Positions 16,833 through 24,747 of a stretch of 32,000 bases of DNA are shown in pieces; position 1 is the stretch's first letter, and each line of letters begins with the position of its first letter. The stretch comes from an uncultured Chloroflexia bacterium. Lineage in GTDB: Bacteria > Chloroflexota > Anaerolineae > Anaerolineales > Anaerolineaceae. The translations under genes and the position numbers were made by a program. The notes under the pieces were generated by a model. That model was not told where the DNA came from and searched no databases. It saw nothing but the letters and a program-made list of their open reading frames with translations. The stretch covers positions 4,710,001 through 4,742,000 of the forward strand of contig OY969938.1 in NCBI GenBank assembly GCA_963704755.1. The letters are read 5' to 3'.

Positions 16833-17543
16833 ATGTCTGACATAGTCAATACAGAAACTACAGTGCATGTACCGCTGATCGGTGAGACGGCGCCTTCATT
16901 CACTGCGGAAACAACCCAGGGCGTCATTCATTTTCCGGAAGATTACAAGGGCAAGTGGGTGATCTTATTCTCGCATCCGGCGGACTTTACCCCGGTCTGC
17001 ACGACCGAATTTATGACTTTTGCTAAATTGCAGCCGGAATTCGAAAAACGGAACACGCAACTGGTGGGGCTATCCATCGATAGCATTTACAGCCACATCG
17101 CCTGGCTGCGGACGATCCGCGAGAAGCTGCAATATAAAGATATCAAAGATATGGAAGTGACCTTCCCGCTGATCGCCGATTTGACCATGGAAGTGGCTAA
17201 AAAATACGGCATGCTCCAGACCCAGGTCAGCGATCGCCAGGCCGTTCGGGCGGTGTTCTTCATCGACCCACAGAGCAAAGTCCGCGCGCTGATTTATTAC
17301 CCGCCTTCCAACGGACGTAATTTCGAGGAGATCTTCCGCCTGCTGGTGGCTATGCAGACCAGCGACAAGTATGATGTGGCTACCCCTGCCGACTGGCAGC
17401 CGGGCGACGATGTGATTGTGCCGCCTCCAGGTTACTGCGGAACGGCTAAAGAGCGCGTCCAAATCGAAGATCCCGATATCCACGTCCAGGATTGGTTCTT
17501 CACATTCAAGAAGATTTCCAAGGACAAACTGAATTCGAATTAG
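16833..17543 (+). CDS. Peroxiredoxin (Prx6/1-Cys-like subfamily)
   Basis: It has the FSHPADFTPVCTTE active-site motif and is 236 aa. GGAGG lies 5 nt upstream. Confidence 0.9.
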   Translation: MSDIVNTETTVHVPLIGETAPSFTAETTQGVIHFPEDYKGKWVILFSHPADFTPVCTTEFMTFAKLQPEFEKRNTQLVGLSIDSIYSHIAWLRTIREKLQYKDIKDMEVTFPLIADLTMEVAKKYGMLQTQVSDRQAVRAVFFIDPQSKVRALIYYPPSNGRNFEEIFRLLVAMQTSDKYDVATPADWQPGDDVIVPPPGYCGTAKERVQIEDPDIHVQDWFFTFKKISKDKLNSN

Positions 17544-17615
17544 CAACTGCTCAGGCTTCTGTTAACAAGTCCCCGGATTGAGCAATTACGCGAATTAATC
17601 AATTCTTGCCAATTC

Positions 17616-17710
17616 CAGAGGCCGGGCCGGTCGAACGAGGGCGTTTTCGTCAAACGTGTTTTGGAAATCCACACGAGCTGCCTTGTTAGTCAATACCGGC
17701 CCCGCCTCTG
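17616..17710. repeat. Long-range inverted repeat (16 bp with one mismatch) enclosing 63 nt
   Basis: CAGAGGCCGGGCCGGT (17616-17631) pairs with ACCGGCCCCGCCTCTG (17695-17710). Confidence 0.4.
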
Positions 17711-17727
17711 ATAATGAAAAGATGTAA

Positions 17728-17785
17728 AAATATTGTTTAAAAAGAAAAACGACGCCTGCGTCGTTTTTCTTTTTAAACAATATTT
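17728..17785. repeat. 58-nt perfect palindromic hairpin (28-bp stem)
   Basis: AAATATTGTTTAAAAAGAAAAACGACGC (17728-17755) is the exact reverse complement of 17758-17785; I checked it base by base. Confidence 0.7.
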
Positions 17786-17854
17786 CCGGCATGCCATGTT
17801 TTGCGGCTGCCCAAATCCAGAATTATTCATACTGTTCGGCAAAAGGGGAAGTGC

Positions 17855-17911
17855 AGGGTGTTTTCATGATTTTTTGTGTGCGAAGCATACTAAAAATCAT
17901 GAAAACACCCT
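17855..17911. repeat. Perfect 20-bp inverted repeat with a 17-nt loop
   Basis: AGGGTGTTTTCATGATTTTT (17855-17874) is the exact reverse complement of 17892-17911. Confidence 0.6.
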
Positions 17912-17962
17912 CTTCTTCTAAACCTGCCTGAGCAGTCATGTTTCTGTTACAATTTTCTGGTA

Positions 17963-18706
17963 ATGTTGATCTTGATTGGGGTAAGAAGATCACAAAGGAT
18001 GCCTGCAATGAAAAATGTTTCGCTTAGCTTCCAAAAAAACAAATATAAATTTTTCCTGACCGGCTTGCTGGCGGCAGCTACCTTCATTTCCCTGATTCTG
18101 GCAGTTACCCAACATTTCGTCAGTGATTTACGCAATTACCAGTTTATCCTTTTCAACCTGGCCCTGGCCTGGATCCCGTTGATCGCGGCTTCGATTGCCT
18201 ACCTGAGTATGGGTAACCGGGTGACTTTTTACCTGGTCATGCCGATCAGCACGCTGGCCTGGCTGATATTTTTTCCCAACGCGCCCTACCTGCTGACCGA
18301 TTTCCAGCACCTGTCTGGCACATCACCCGATTCGATCGTGTGGTTCGACGTGATCGTGCTGATCTGGGTAGCCTGGACCGGGCTGCTGCTGGGCATGTCG
18401 TCCTTGTACCTGATGCAAGAAATCATCACACGGGCGTTTAACCGCACGATCGGCTGGTTTTTTGCCATCGGCGCAACAATTCTAAGCAGTATTGGGGTTT
18501 ACCTGGGGCGCTTTTTACGCTGGAATAGTTGGGATATTTTGCAAGACCCCATACCGATCGCCAAAGACATGGCCGGCATCGTCCGCCACCCGTTTTCCAA
18601 CCTGTCCACCTACGTGTTCACCTTTTTGTTTACGCTCTTGATATTGTTTATTTACGTGGCCATCCACATTTTTGGAAATATGATCCGGGAACAAAAAGAT
18701 AATTAG
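17963..18706 (+). CDS. DUF1361-like polytopic membrane protein
   Basis: FNLALAWIPL, FPNAPYLLTDFQHL and GRFLRWNSWD resemble the DUF1361 signatures as I recall them. The protein has 5-6 hydrophobic helices. The start could instead be ATG 17999 or ATG 18008. Confidence 0.65.
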   Translation: MLILIGVRRSQRMPAMKNVSLSFQKNKYKFFLTGLLAAATFISLILAVTQHFVSDLRNYQFILFNLALAWIPLIAASIAYLSMGNRVTFYLVMPISTLAWLIFFPNAPYLLTDFQHLSGTSPDSIVWFDVIVLIWVAWTGLLLGMSSLYLMQEIITRAFNRTIGWFFAIGATILSSIGVYLGRFLRWNSWDILQDPIPIAKDMAGIVRHPFSNLSTYVFTFLFTLLILFIYVAIHIFGNMIREQKDN

Positions 18707-18746
18707 GGGAAACGCGACCACTCTGGTTCATAATCAAGTGCCTTTG

Positions 18747-18801
18747 AATTTGAGGTGTTGGCGGGATTTTCAACCGCCAACACCTCAAATTTGATTTTCT
18801 T
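18747..18801 (+). terminator. Likely intrinsic terminator (18-bp perfect stem) after the DUF1361 gene
   Basis: AATTTGAGGTGTTGGCGG (18747-18764) pairs with CCGCCAACACCTCAAATT (18774-18791). TGATTTTCTT follows. Confidence 0.6.
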
Positions 18802-18851
18802 ACCTCATCAATTTTCTTGATGAGCCTCCATAGACAAACCCTATACCGCTT

Positions 18852-18865
18852 GTGATAATTATCAC
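18852..18865. promoter_or_regulatory. 14-bp perfect palindrome, candidate operator of the tusA-qmo-like operon
   Basis: GTGATAATTATCAC lies between a possible -35 (TTGTGA, 18850-18855) and a possible -10 (TATCTT). It sits about 225 nt upstream of the tusA ATG. Confidence 0.4.
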
Positions 18866-19090
18866 TTGCGCTATCTTGCCAGAAAATTTATCCTATATAG
18901 ACCGACAACAAGGTTTCAACGCTCAAGACGTTCTTTGTGGTTATAGAACACGGGGATTTGGGCACGCGAGGGGTGTAGTTGCCACGTACTCACATCCCCG
19001 ATCTTTTCGGTTCGGGACAAGGCGTCCGAAGGACGCCGGCCAACCCGAAATAAAAAAATTAACCCTCACCTCATTTGTAAGGAGAAAATA

Positions 19091-19345
19091 ATGGATGCAG
19101 TAGATCTCGCAAATGTACAGGCAGCTAAAGTTGTGGACGCTCGGGCTATGTCCTGCCCAGGGCCCTTATTGGAAGCCAAAAAAGGAATTGCGACGGTCAA
19201 AGTCGGTGAAGTGCTGGAAGTCTGGTCCGGCGACGCCAACACCAAAGATGATATGCCCCGCTGGTGCCAAAAAGTCGGCCACGAATTCCTGGGCGTAGTG
19301 CCCTGTGATGGCTACGAGCGGCTGTTTATCAAACGGTTGAAATAA
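19091..19345 (+). CDS. tusA: TusA/SirA-family sulfur carrier protein
   Basis: It is 84 aa with the D.R...CP.P....K motif (DARAMSCPGPLLEAKK). AAGGAG lies upstream. Confidence 0.85.
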   Translation: MDAVDLANVQAAKVVDARAMSCPGPLLEAKKGIATVKVGEVLEVWSGDANTKDDMPRWCQKVGHEFLGVVPCDGYERLFIKRLK

Positions 19346-19364
19346 ATTGGAAGCCTCACCTGTG

Positions 19365-19820
19365 ATGAACGGTGAAGCCCCAGTCCCAATGGCCGGTCCG
19401 CAGCCCAAAATCCTGATTTTGGGCACGCTTTCAGGCGGATATGCAGGGGCCGATTCGACCGGCCAGAGCCACCTGGATTACCCGCCGAATACGTACATCC
19501 TGCCGGTCATGTCGCCGGTAATGTTCCCGCCCGAATTTTATATCCATGCCTTTGAGCGCGGCATTGATGGAATCATCGTGATGTACAGCGGCACCGACAG
19601 CCCCTACAAAGTCGAGGCAGCCGGCACAGCCCAATTGATCAACCGCACCTACGCTCTGATGAAGGAGCGCGGGATCAATATCAAACGGCTGCGCCTGGCG
19701 GCGATCTGTACTGTATGTGTCAAGCCATTCCTCAAGGAAGTCAACCTGATGAACGATCTGTTGAAGAATATTGGTTGCGTCAAGGGAGAACTGGCCGGAG
19801 AGGAGCAGGCGCATGGATGA
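19365..19820 (+). CDS. MvhD/FlpD-like domain protein lacking all canonical cluster cysteines
   Basis: It aligns with the MvhD pattern as recalled (GAD..G......YPPN..I..VM....V.P.F...AF..G.DG..V, then RLRL). The Cys positions are replaced: CCNWC becomes GTLSG, MCSG becomes MSPV, and GCHxGDCHY becomes MYSGTDSPY. The start is uncertain (TTG 19347, ATG 19365 or ATG 19389). Confidence 0.7.
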   Translation: MNGEAPVPMAGPQPKILILGTLSGGYAGADSTGQSHLDYPPNTYILPVMSPVMFPPEFYIHAFERGIDGIIVMYSGTDSPYKVEAAGTAQLINRTYALMKERGINIKRLRLAAICTVCVKPFLKEVNLMNDLLKNIGCVKGELAGEEQAHG

Positions 19821-21141
19821 CCTTCAGGTAGATGCCCTGGTGGTTGGCGGGGGAATTGCCGGGATGCAGTCGGCCCTCGACCTGGCCAACCAGGGGTTCC
19901 AGGTCGCCCTGGTCGAGCGCGAAGCCAGTATCGGCGGCCGGATGATTACCCTCAGCAAGGTGTTCCCCACCCTGGACTGCTGTAGTTGCATTACCACCCC
20001 CAAGATGTCGGATGTGGCCCATCACGCCAACATCCATTTGCTGACGTATTGTGAAATCCAATCGGTGCGGGAAGCAGGCAGCGGATTCAGCGCGAGCGTC
20101 TTGAAAAAGCCGCGTTACGTGGACGAAGCCAAATGCACCGGCTGCCGCCAATGCGAATACGAATGCCCCATCACCGTGCCCAGTCCCTTCGACCGGGATT
20201 TGGGCGCTTACCGGGCTATCCGGGTTCCGTTCTCCACGGCCGTGCCGCAGAAAGCAGTGCTGGATCCGGATTACTGCCTGTGGTGCGGCAAGTGCGAAAA
20301 AGCCTGCCCGGTCATGGCCGTGGATTTCAGCCAGCAGCCCGAGATATTTGAAATCGAGGCTGCGGCGCTGGTGATGGCCACCGGGTTCGACTTGAACCCA
20401 CTGGATACTAAAAAAGAATATGGCAGCGGAAAATTGCATAACGTGATCGATCCGCTGATGATGGAACGCCTGCTGGCCCCCACCGGCCCGTACGGCCGGG
20501 TCCTAAGGCCGGGAGATGGCAAGGAACCCTCTTCGATTGCTTACATCCAATGCGCCGGCTCGCGCGATGACACCCTGGGAATAACCTATTGCTCACGGGT
20601 GTGCTGCATGTATGCGATCAAGCAGGCCATGCTGCTCAATGGGGCGCTGCCCCTGGCGGACGTGACCATCTATTACATGGACATCCGCACCTTTGGCAAA
20701 GGTTATGAACAGTTCTATCAGAATGCCAAAGCCATGGGGGTGGAATTCATACGCGGCAAAGTCGCCTCGATCCGCGAGGATGAAGAGCAAAACCCGATCG
20801 TAAAGGTGGAGTTGACCGTCGAAGGTGAGATTGTGGAACGGACTCACGACCTGGTCGTGCTCTCCCAGGGGATCATCCCCACGGCCAATCCAACCGAAAT
20901 TTACCATTTACCGGTTGCAGCAGATGGCTTCATCTCGGTGCCTGCACCGGATGCCGCCCCGACCGTGACCGAGCGGCCGGGTGTATTTGTGACCGGAACG
21001 GCCATGGGGCCGATGGATATCGTCGATAGCATTATCTCAGCCAGCGCGGCTGCCAGCGAAGCCTCGGCCTATATCCGAGAACACCGAGACAGCCAGGTAC
21101 CGGTGAGCTTGAGCGAGGAAAGGGAGGCCGTCCATGCCTGA
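19813..21141 (+). CDS. HdrA-like FAD/FeS flavoprotein (QmoA-like)
   Basis: It has the VVGGGIAGM dinucleotide fold, TLDCCSC, an inserted 2x[4Fe-4S] region (CTGCRQCEYECP, CLWCGKCEKACP) and the HdrA signature CAGSRD...YCSRVCC. The ATG overlaps the upstream stop (ATGGATGA). Confidence 0.85.
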   Translation: MDDLQVDALVVGGGIAGMQSALDLANQGFQVALVEREASIGGRMITLSKVFPTLDCCSCITTPKMSDVAHHANIHLLTYCEIQSVREAGSGFSASVLKKPRYVDEAKCTGCRQCEYECPITVPSPFDRDLGAYRAIRVPFSTAVPQKAVLDPDYCLWCGKCEKACPVMAVDFSQQPEIFEIEAAALVMATGFDLNPLDTKKEYGSGKLHNVIDPLMMERLLAPTGPYGRVLRPGDGKEPSSIAYIQCAGSRDDTLGITYCSRVCCMYAIKQAMLLNGALPLADVTIYYMDIRTFGKGYEQFYQNAKAMGVEFIRGKVASIREDEEQNPIVKVELTVEGEIVERTHDLVVLSQGIIPTANPTEIYHLPVAADGFISVPAPDAAPTVTERPGVFVTGTAMGPMDIVDSIISASAAASEASAYIREHRDSQVPVSLSEEREAVHA

Positions 21142-23191
21142 GAACAAACCAGCCAGCGGGACCCAACCCGATATGCCTGCCTCGCCATCTCCAAAAATTG
21201 GTGTTTACGTTTGCCACTGCGGCGGCAATATCGGCAGCGTGGTCGAGTGTGAGGCGGTCGCCAAGGCGTTGAGCAAGTATGCTGACGTTGTAGTGACCCG
21301 CACCGATAAATCGCTGTGTTCGGATACCGGCCAGTCGAGGATCGAACAGGACATCAAAGAATTAGGCGTCAACCGGGTCGTGATCGGCGCCTGTGCCCCC
21401 ATGCTCCACCAGCGCACTTTCCAGGCCGCGGTAGCCCGCGCCGGCTTGAACCCGTACCTGTACCACCATGTTGGGCTGCGCGAGCAGGATTCCTGGGTTC
21501 ACGGCCACGATAAGAAAGGCGCCACCGAAAAAGCGATCCGCTTGATGGCCGCCGGGGTGGCCAAAGCAAAACTGCTCCAGCCGCTCGAGCCGGTCACTTT
21601 GAAGGCCGAGCAGCATGCCCTGGTCGTGGGTGGAGGCGTATCCGGGCTGCGGGCTGCTCTCGATATCGCCCGCCAGGGGCTGCAGGTCTCGCTGGTCGAA
21701 AAATCGCCCTTCCTGGGCGGACGCATGGCCCAGTTGGAGACGGTTTTCCCCACCGAGGAGGATGCGCGCGGATTGCTAAAAACCCTGATCGAAAAAGTCA
21801 GCGCTCATCCCAAGATAAAGATCTATACCCAGGCCGAAGTGACCGGCGTCAATGGATATGCCGGCAATTTCACCATCACTGTCCGCCAACATTCGCGCGG
21901 CGTTAGCACGGAGAATGGCCAGGCGCTGATGGATGCCTGTTCCCAGGAAGTGCCGGACGATTTCAACGGCGGATTGAAGCAGCGTAAGGTGATTTATCGC
22001 CTTTACGAGGGCTGTTACCCTGCCGAGCCGGCCGTAGATTGGGACCATTATAACGGCGAGCCGATCCAGGCCAACGGTAGCGCGTTGGTGTTGAAGGAAG
22101 AGCCGCAAACATTCGAGCTAAACGTCGGGGCTGTGGTCATGGCGACCGGCTTCGATCCGTACACGCCGGCGGCCGGGGAATTCGGTTTCGGTTCGCAGCC
22201 GCAAGTGATCACGCTGCCGCAATTGATCCGCCTGGTCGCCTTGACCGGTGCAGACCAGCCCTTGCAATGGAATGGCCAGCCGGTCCGTGACCTGGCGCTG
22301 ATCCATTGTGTCGGCAGCCGCCAGATCGAAGGCGTCAACGAACCCCAGGCCGACGGGCAGGTGAACAACTACTGCTCACGGGTCTGCTGCACGGCCTCGC
22401 TGCACGCCCTGGAAGAAATCCACCAGCGCTTCCCGCAGGTTCACCTGTTCGACCTGCACCAGGACATCCGCACCTACGGGCGCGGCCACGAGGAATATTA
22501 TCGCCAGACCCTGGCCCACGAGGTGCGCTTCCTGCGCTACGAGGGCGAGGAACCGCCAACCGTATCCGCAGCACCGCAAGGCGATACCCACCCGGTTTTG
22601 GTCCAGGTTAAAGATACCTTGACCTTTGGCGAAGAGCTCGAGATCCCGGTGGACCTGGTCGTCCTGGCGGTGGGGATGATGCCACGCGATATCCAGGACC
22701 TGGTGCAATTGTTGAAAATCTCCCGCGGAAACGACCGCTTCCTGCTGGAAGTGCACCCCAAACTGCGGCCGGTCGAGACGGCGGCCAATGGGGTGGTGCT
22801 GGCCGGAACGGCTCAAGGGCCGATGAATATCCAGGAGAGCTTGAGCGCTGCTTCGGCGGCGGCGGCGAAAGTGATCGCACTTTTAGGCCGCGGTAAAGTG
22901 GAGCAGGCGCCTTTCGTGGCGGTGGTCGATGCCGGGCGCTGTACTGGGACGGGAGCCTGCGTGCAGGCTTGCACGTACGAAGGCGCGCTGTCCTTAGAGA
23001 CCTTCGAGGAAAACGGCCAATCCGTGCGACGGGCAGTGGTCACCCCGGCCAACTGTGTGGGCTGCGGAGCCTGCGTGAGCGCGTGTCCTAACCAGGCCAT
23101 CGACGTGGCCGGCTGGACCCTGGCGCAGTACGAGGCCATGGTCGCCGCAATCGGCCTGGACGTACCGGCCCTGGTGGAGGAAGCAGCATGA
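21134..23191 (+). CDS. Large HdrA-like flavoprotein (QmoB-like) with a C-terminal 2x[4Fe-4S] domain
   Basis: It has an N-terminal IGVYVCHCGGNIG...ACAP...LNPYL domain, VVGGGVSGL, CVGSRQ...YCSRVCC, and C-terminal CTGTGACVQAC and CVGCGACVSACP. It overlaps the upstream gene by 8 nt. Confidence 0.85.
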   Translation: MPENKPASGTQPDMPASPSPKIGVYVCHCGGNIGSVVECEAVAKALSKYADVVVTRTDKSLCSDTGQSRIEQDIKELGVNRVVIGACAPMLHQRTFQAAVARAGLNPYLYHHVGLREQDSWVHGHDKKGATEKAIRLMAAGVAKAKLLQPLEPVTLKAEQHALVVGGGVSGLRAALDIARQGLQVSLVEKSPFLGGRMAQLETVFPTEEDARGLLKTLIEKVSAHPKIKIYTQAEVTGVNGYAGNFTITVRQHSRGVSTENGQALMDACSQEVPDDFNGGLKQRKVIYRLYEGCYPAEPAVDWDHYNGEPIQANGSALVLKEEPQTFELNVGAVVMATGFDPYTPAAGEFGFGSQPQVITLPQLIRLVALTGADQPLQWNGQPVRDLALIHCVGSRQIEGVNEPQADGQVNNYCSRVCCTASLHALEEIHQRFPQVHLFDLHQDIRTYGRGHEEYYRQTLAHEVRFLRYEGEEPPTVSAAPQGDTHPVLVQVKDTLTFGEELEIPVDLVVLAVGMMPRDIQDLVQLLKISRGNDRFLLEVHPKLRPVETAANGVVLAGTAQGPMNIQESLSAASAAAAKVIALLGRGKVEQAPFVAVVDAGRCTGTGACVQACTYEGALSLETFEENGQSVRRAVVTPANCVGCGACVSACPNQAIDVAGWTLAQYEAMVAAIGLDVPALVEEAA

Positions 23192-23475
23192 GTACTCAAA
23201 TGTCCCGGGGAGAAATCCTCAAGCAAATGCGCGCGGCTCATGCTCAGGAAGTAGAACGCGCTCAGGCGTTGTTGAAAGAACAAAAACACGCCCAGCAGCA
23301 AATCTTTCAAGCGCTGCAGGAAGGGCCGAAAAGCGTCCCTGAGGTGGCCCAGGCGACCGGGATTCAAGCTCAACAGGTGTTGTGGTACCTGGCAGCGATG
23401 AAAAAATACAACCTGGTGGTCGAAAAAGGGATGGATGGCGACTATCCTCTGTACCAGAAGGCGGAGGAAGATTGA
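23188..23475 (+). CDS. Small hypothetical protein; the C-terminal half looks winged-helix-like
   Basis: It is 95 aa. Its start overlaps the qmoB-like stop (ATGA) and its stop lies 1 nt before the next ATG. The segment SVPEVAQATGIQAQQVLWYLAAMKKYNLV resembles an HTH recognition unit. No family was recognised. Confidence 0.5.
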   Translation: MSTQMSRGEILKQMRAAHAQEVERAQALLKEQKHAQQQIFQALQEGPKSVPEVAQATGIQAQQVLWYLAAMKKYNLVVEKGMDGDYPLYQKAEED

Positions 23476-23476
23476 T

Positions 23477-24652
23477 ATGAGCACACGGGTTGACCTGAAT
23501 TTATTAACCGAAATCAAAAAGTACGGAACGGTTAATATCGAGAAATGTTACAACTGCGGTAACTGCACGGCAATTTGCCCGCTGTCCGAAAACGGCGAGA
23601 CTTTCCCGCGGCGTTTGATCCGCTACGCCCAACTGGGTTTGAAGGACCGCTTGTTGAGCAGCAAAGAGCTGTGGATGTGCTATTACTGCGGCGAGTGTAC
23701 CCAAACCTGCCCGAAAGAAGCCGAGCCGGGTGAGTTCATGGCCGCGGCCCGGCGCTATGCCATCGCCAGTTATGATCCGATTGGGCTGGCCAGGCTGCTT
23801 TATACCTCGCCGGTGCTCAGCCTGGCGGTGCTTTTAATGCTGCCCATCCTGATTGCCCTGGTGGTGTTCACCTCGCATGGCAGCATGGATACCACGACCT
23901 TGAAGTTGTTCGAGTTTATCCCGTCGGCAGCTATCCACACCATGGGCATCATCGCCATGGTGATCGTGGCCCTGACCGGTTTGATGGGCATGGTCAACAT
24001 GGTCCGCCAGGTGCGTAAAGAGAACCCGCTGGTGCAGGCTCATACGGCAAGGCTCAACTGGTTTGGCGCCTTGTGGAACGCGCTGTTCGTCGAGGGGCTT
24101 GCGCAGCAGCGTTACCGCCGTGACTGCCAGACTGCGGCGGACCAGCCCCCCTGGTACGCTCAAAAATGGTTCGTCCATGCCACCATCGTGTGGGGCTTCC
24201 TGGGGCTGTTGGCCGCGACCGCCCTGGATTTTGCACTCGAGCTGCTGGGCATCAAGGCGGTGGGCACCTGGGTGCCGTTGTGGTATCCCATCCGCCTGTT
24301 AGGCACCCTGGCGGGCCTGGCGATGCTGTACGGCACGAGCACAGCCGCCATCCGGCGCATCCGTAAAACGGATGAAGCCAGCGCAGTATCCGATCGCTCG
24401 GATTGGGTCTTCTTGATCCTGTTGTGGCTGACCGGTGTGAGTGGGTTCGTGCTGGAAATCGCCGTGTATCTGTCGCACCCGGGTCCGTGGGCTTATTGGA
24501 CGCTGCTCTTCCATATCTCGATAGCCGGAGAGCTGCTTCTGCTGCTGCCCTTCACTAAATTTGCCCACGCGGTCTATCGCACGGTCGCGCTGTACTTCCA
24601 TGTGCTTAAACCCTTACCGGAAAAAGAAATGGCCCCGGTGAGCGCAGACTGA
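23477..24652 (+). CDS. QmoC-like fusion: HdrC-type 2x[4Fe-4S] domain plus a six-helix HdrE/NarI-like cytochrome b-type membrane domain
   Basis: It has CYNCGNCTAICP and CYYCGECTQTCP, followed by six hydrophobic helices. His residues sit in helices (HTMG, HATIVWG, FHISIAG, FAHAVY). GGAGGAAG precedes ATG 23477. Confidence 0.8.
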   Translation: MSTRVDLNLLTEIKKYGTVNIEKCYNCGNCTAICPLSENGETFPRRLIRYAQLGLKDRLLSSKELWMCYYCGECTQTCPKEAEPGEFMAAARRYAIASYDPIGLARLLYTSPVLSLAVLLMLPILIALVVFTSHGSMDTTTLKLFEFIPSAAIHTMGIIAMVIVALTGLMGMVNMVRQVRKENPLVQAHTARLNWFGALWNALFVEGLAQQRYRRDCQTAADQPPWYAQKWFVHATIVWGFLGLLAATALDFALELLGIKAVGTWVPLWYPIRLLGTLAGLAMLYGTSTAAIRRIRKTDEASAVSDRSDWVFLILLWLTGVSGFVLEIAVYLSHPGPWAYWTLLFHISIAGELLLLLPFTKFAHAVYRTVALYFHVLKPLPEKEMAPVSAD

Positions 24653-24747
24653 TCGATTATTTGCAGGTTGTTCCATCTCAAAATTGTGCAAAACCCGCCA
24701 GAAAACTTGCGCGGGAGGAAAAATTCCAAAATTTCACGGAGGTTCAA

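Noticed and set aside
17595-17921. Two small ORFs (65 aa minus strand, 62 aa plus strand) encoding near-identical FKKKNDA.VVFLFKQYF peptides.
   Set aside because: They are mirror-image artefacts of translating the 28-bp perfect palindrome on both strands.
18852-19091. A 79-aa ORF upstream of tusA.
   Set aside because: It has a non-ATG start inside the palindrome, no RBS and an Arg-rich odd composition. It spans a region better explained as a structured leader.
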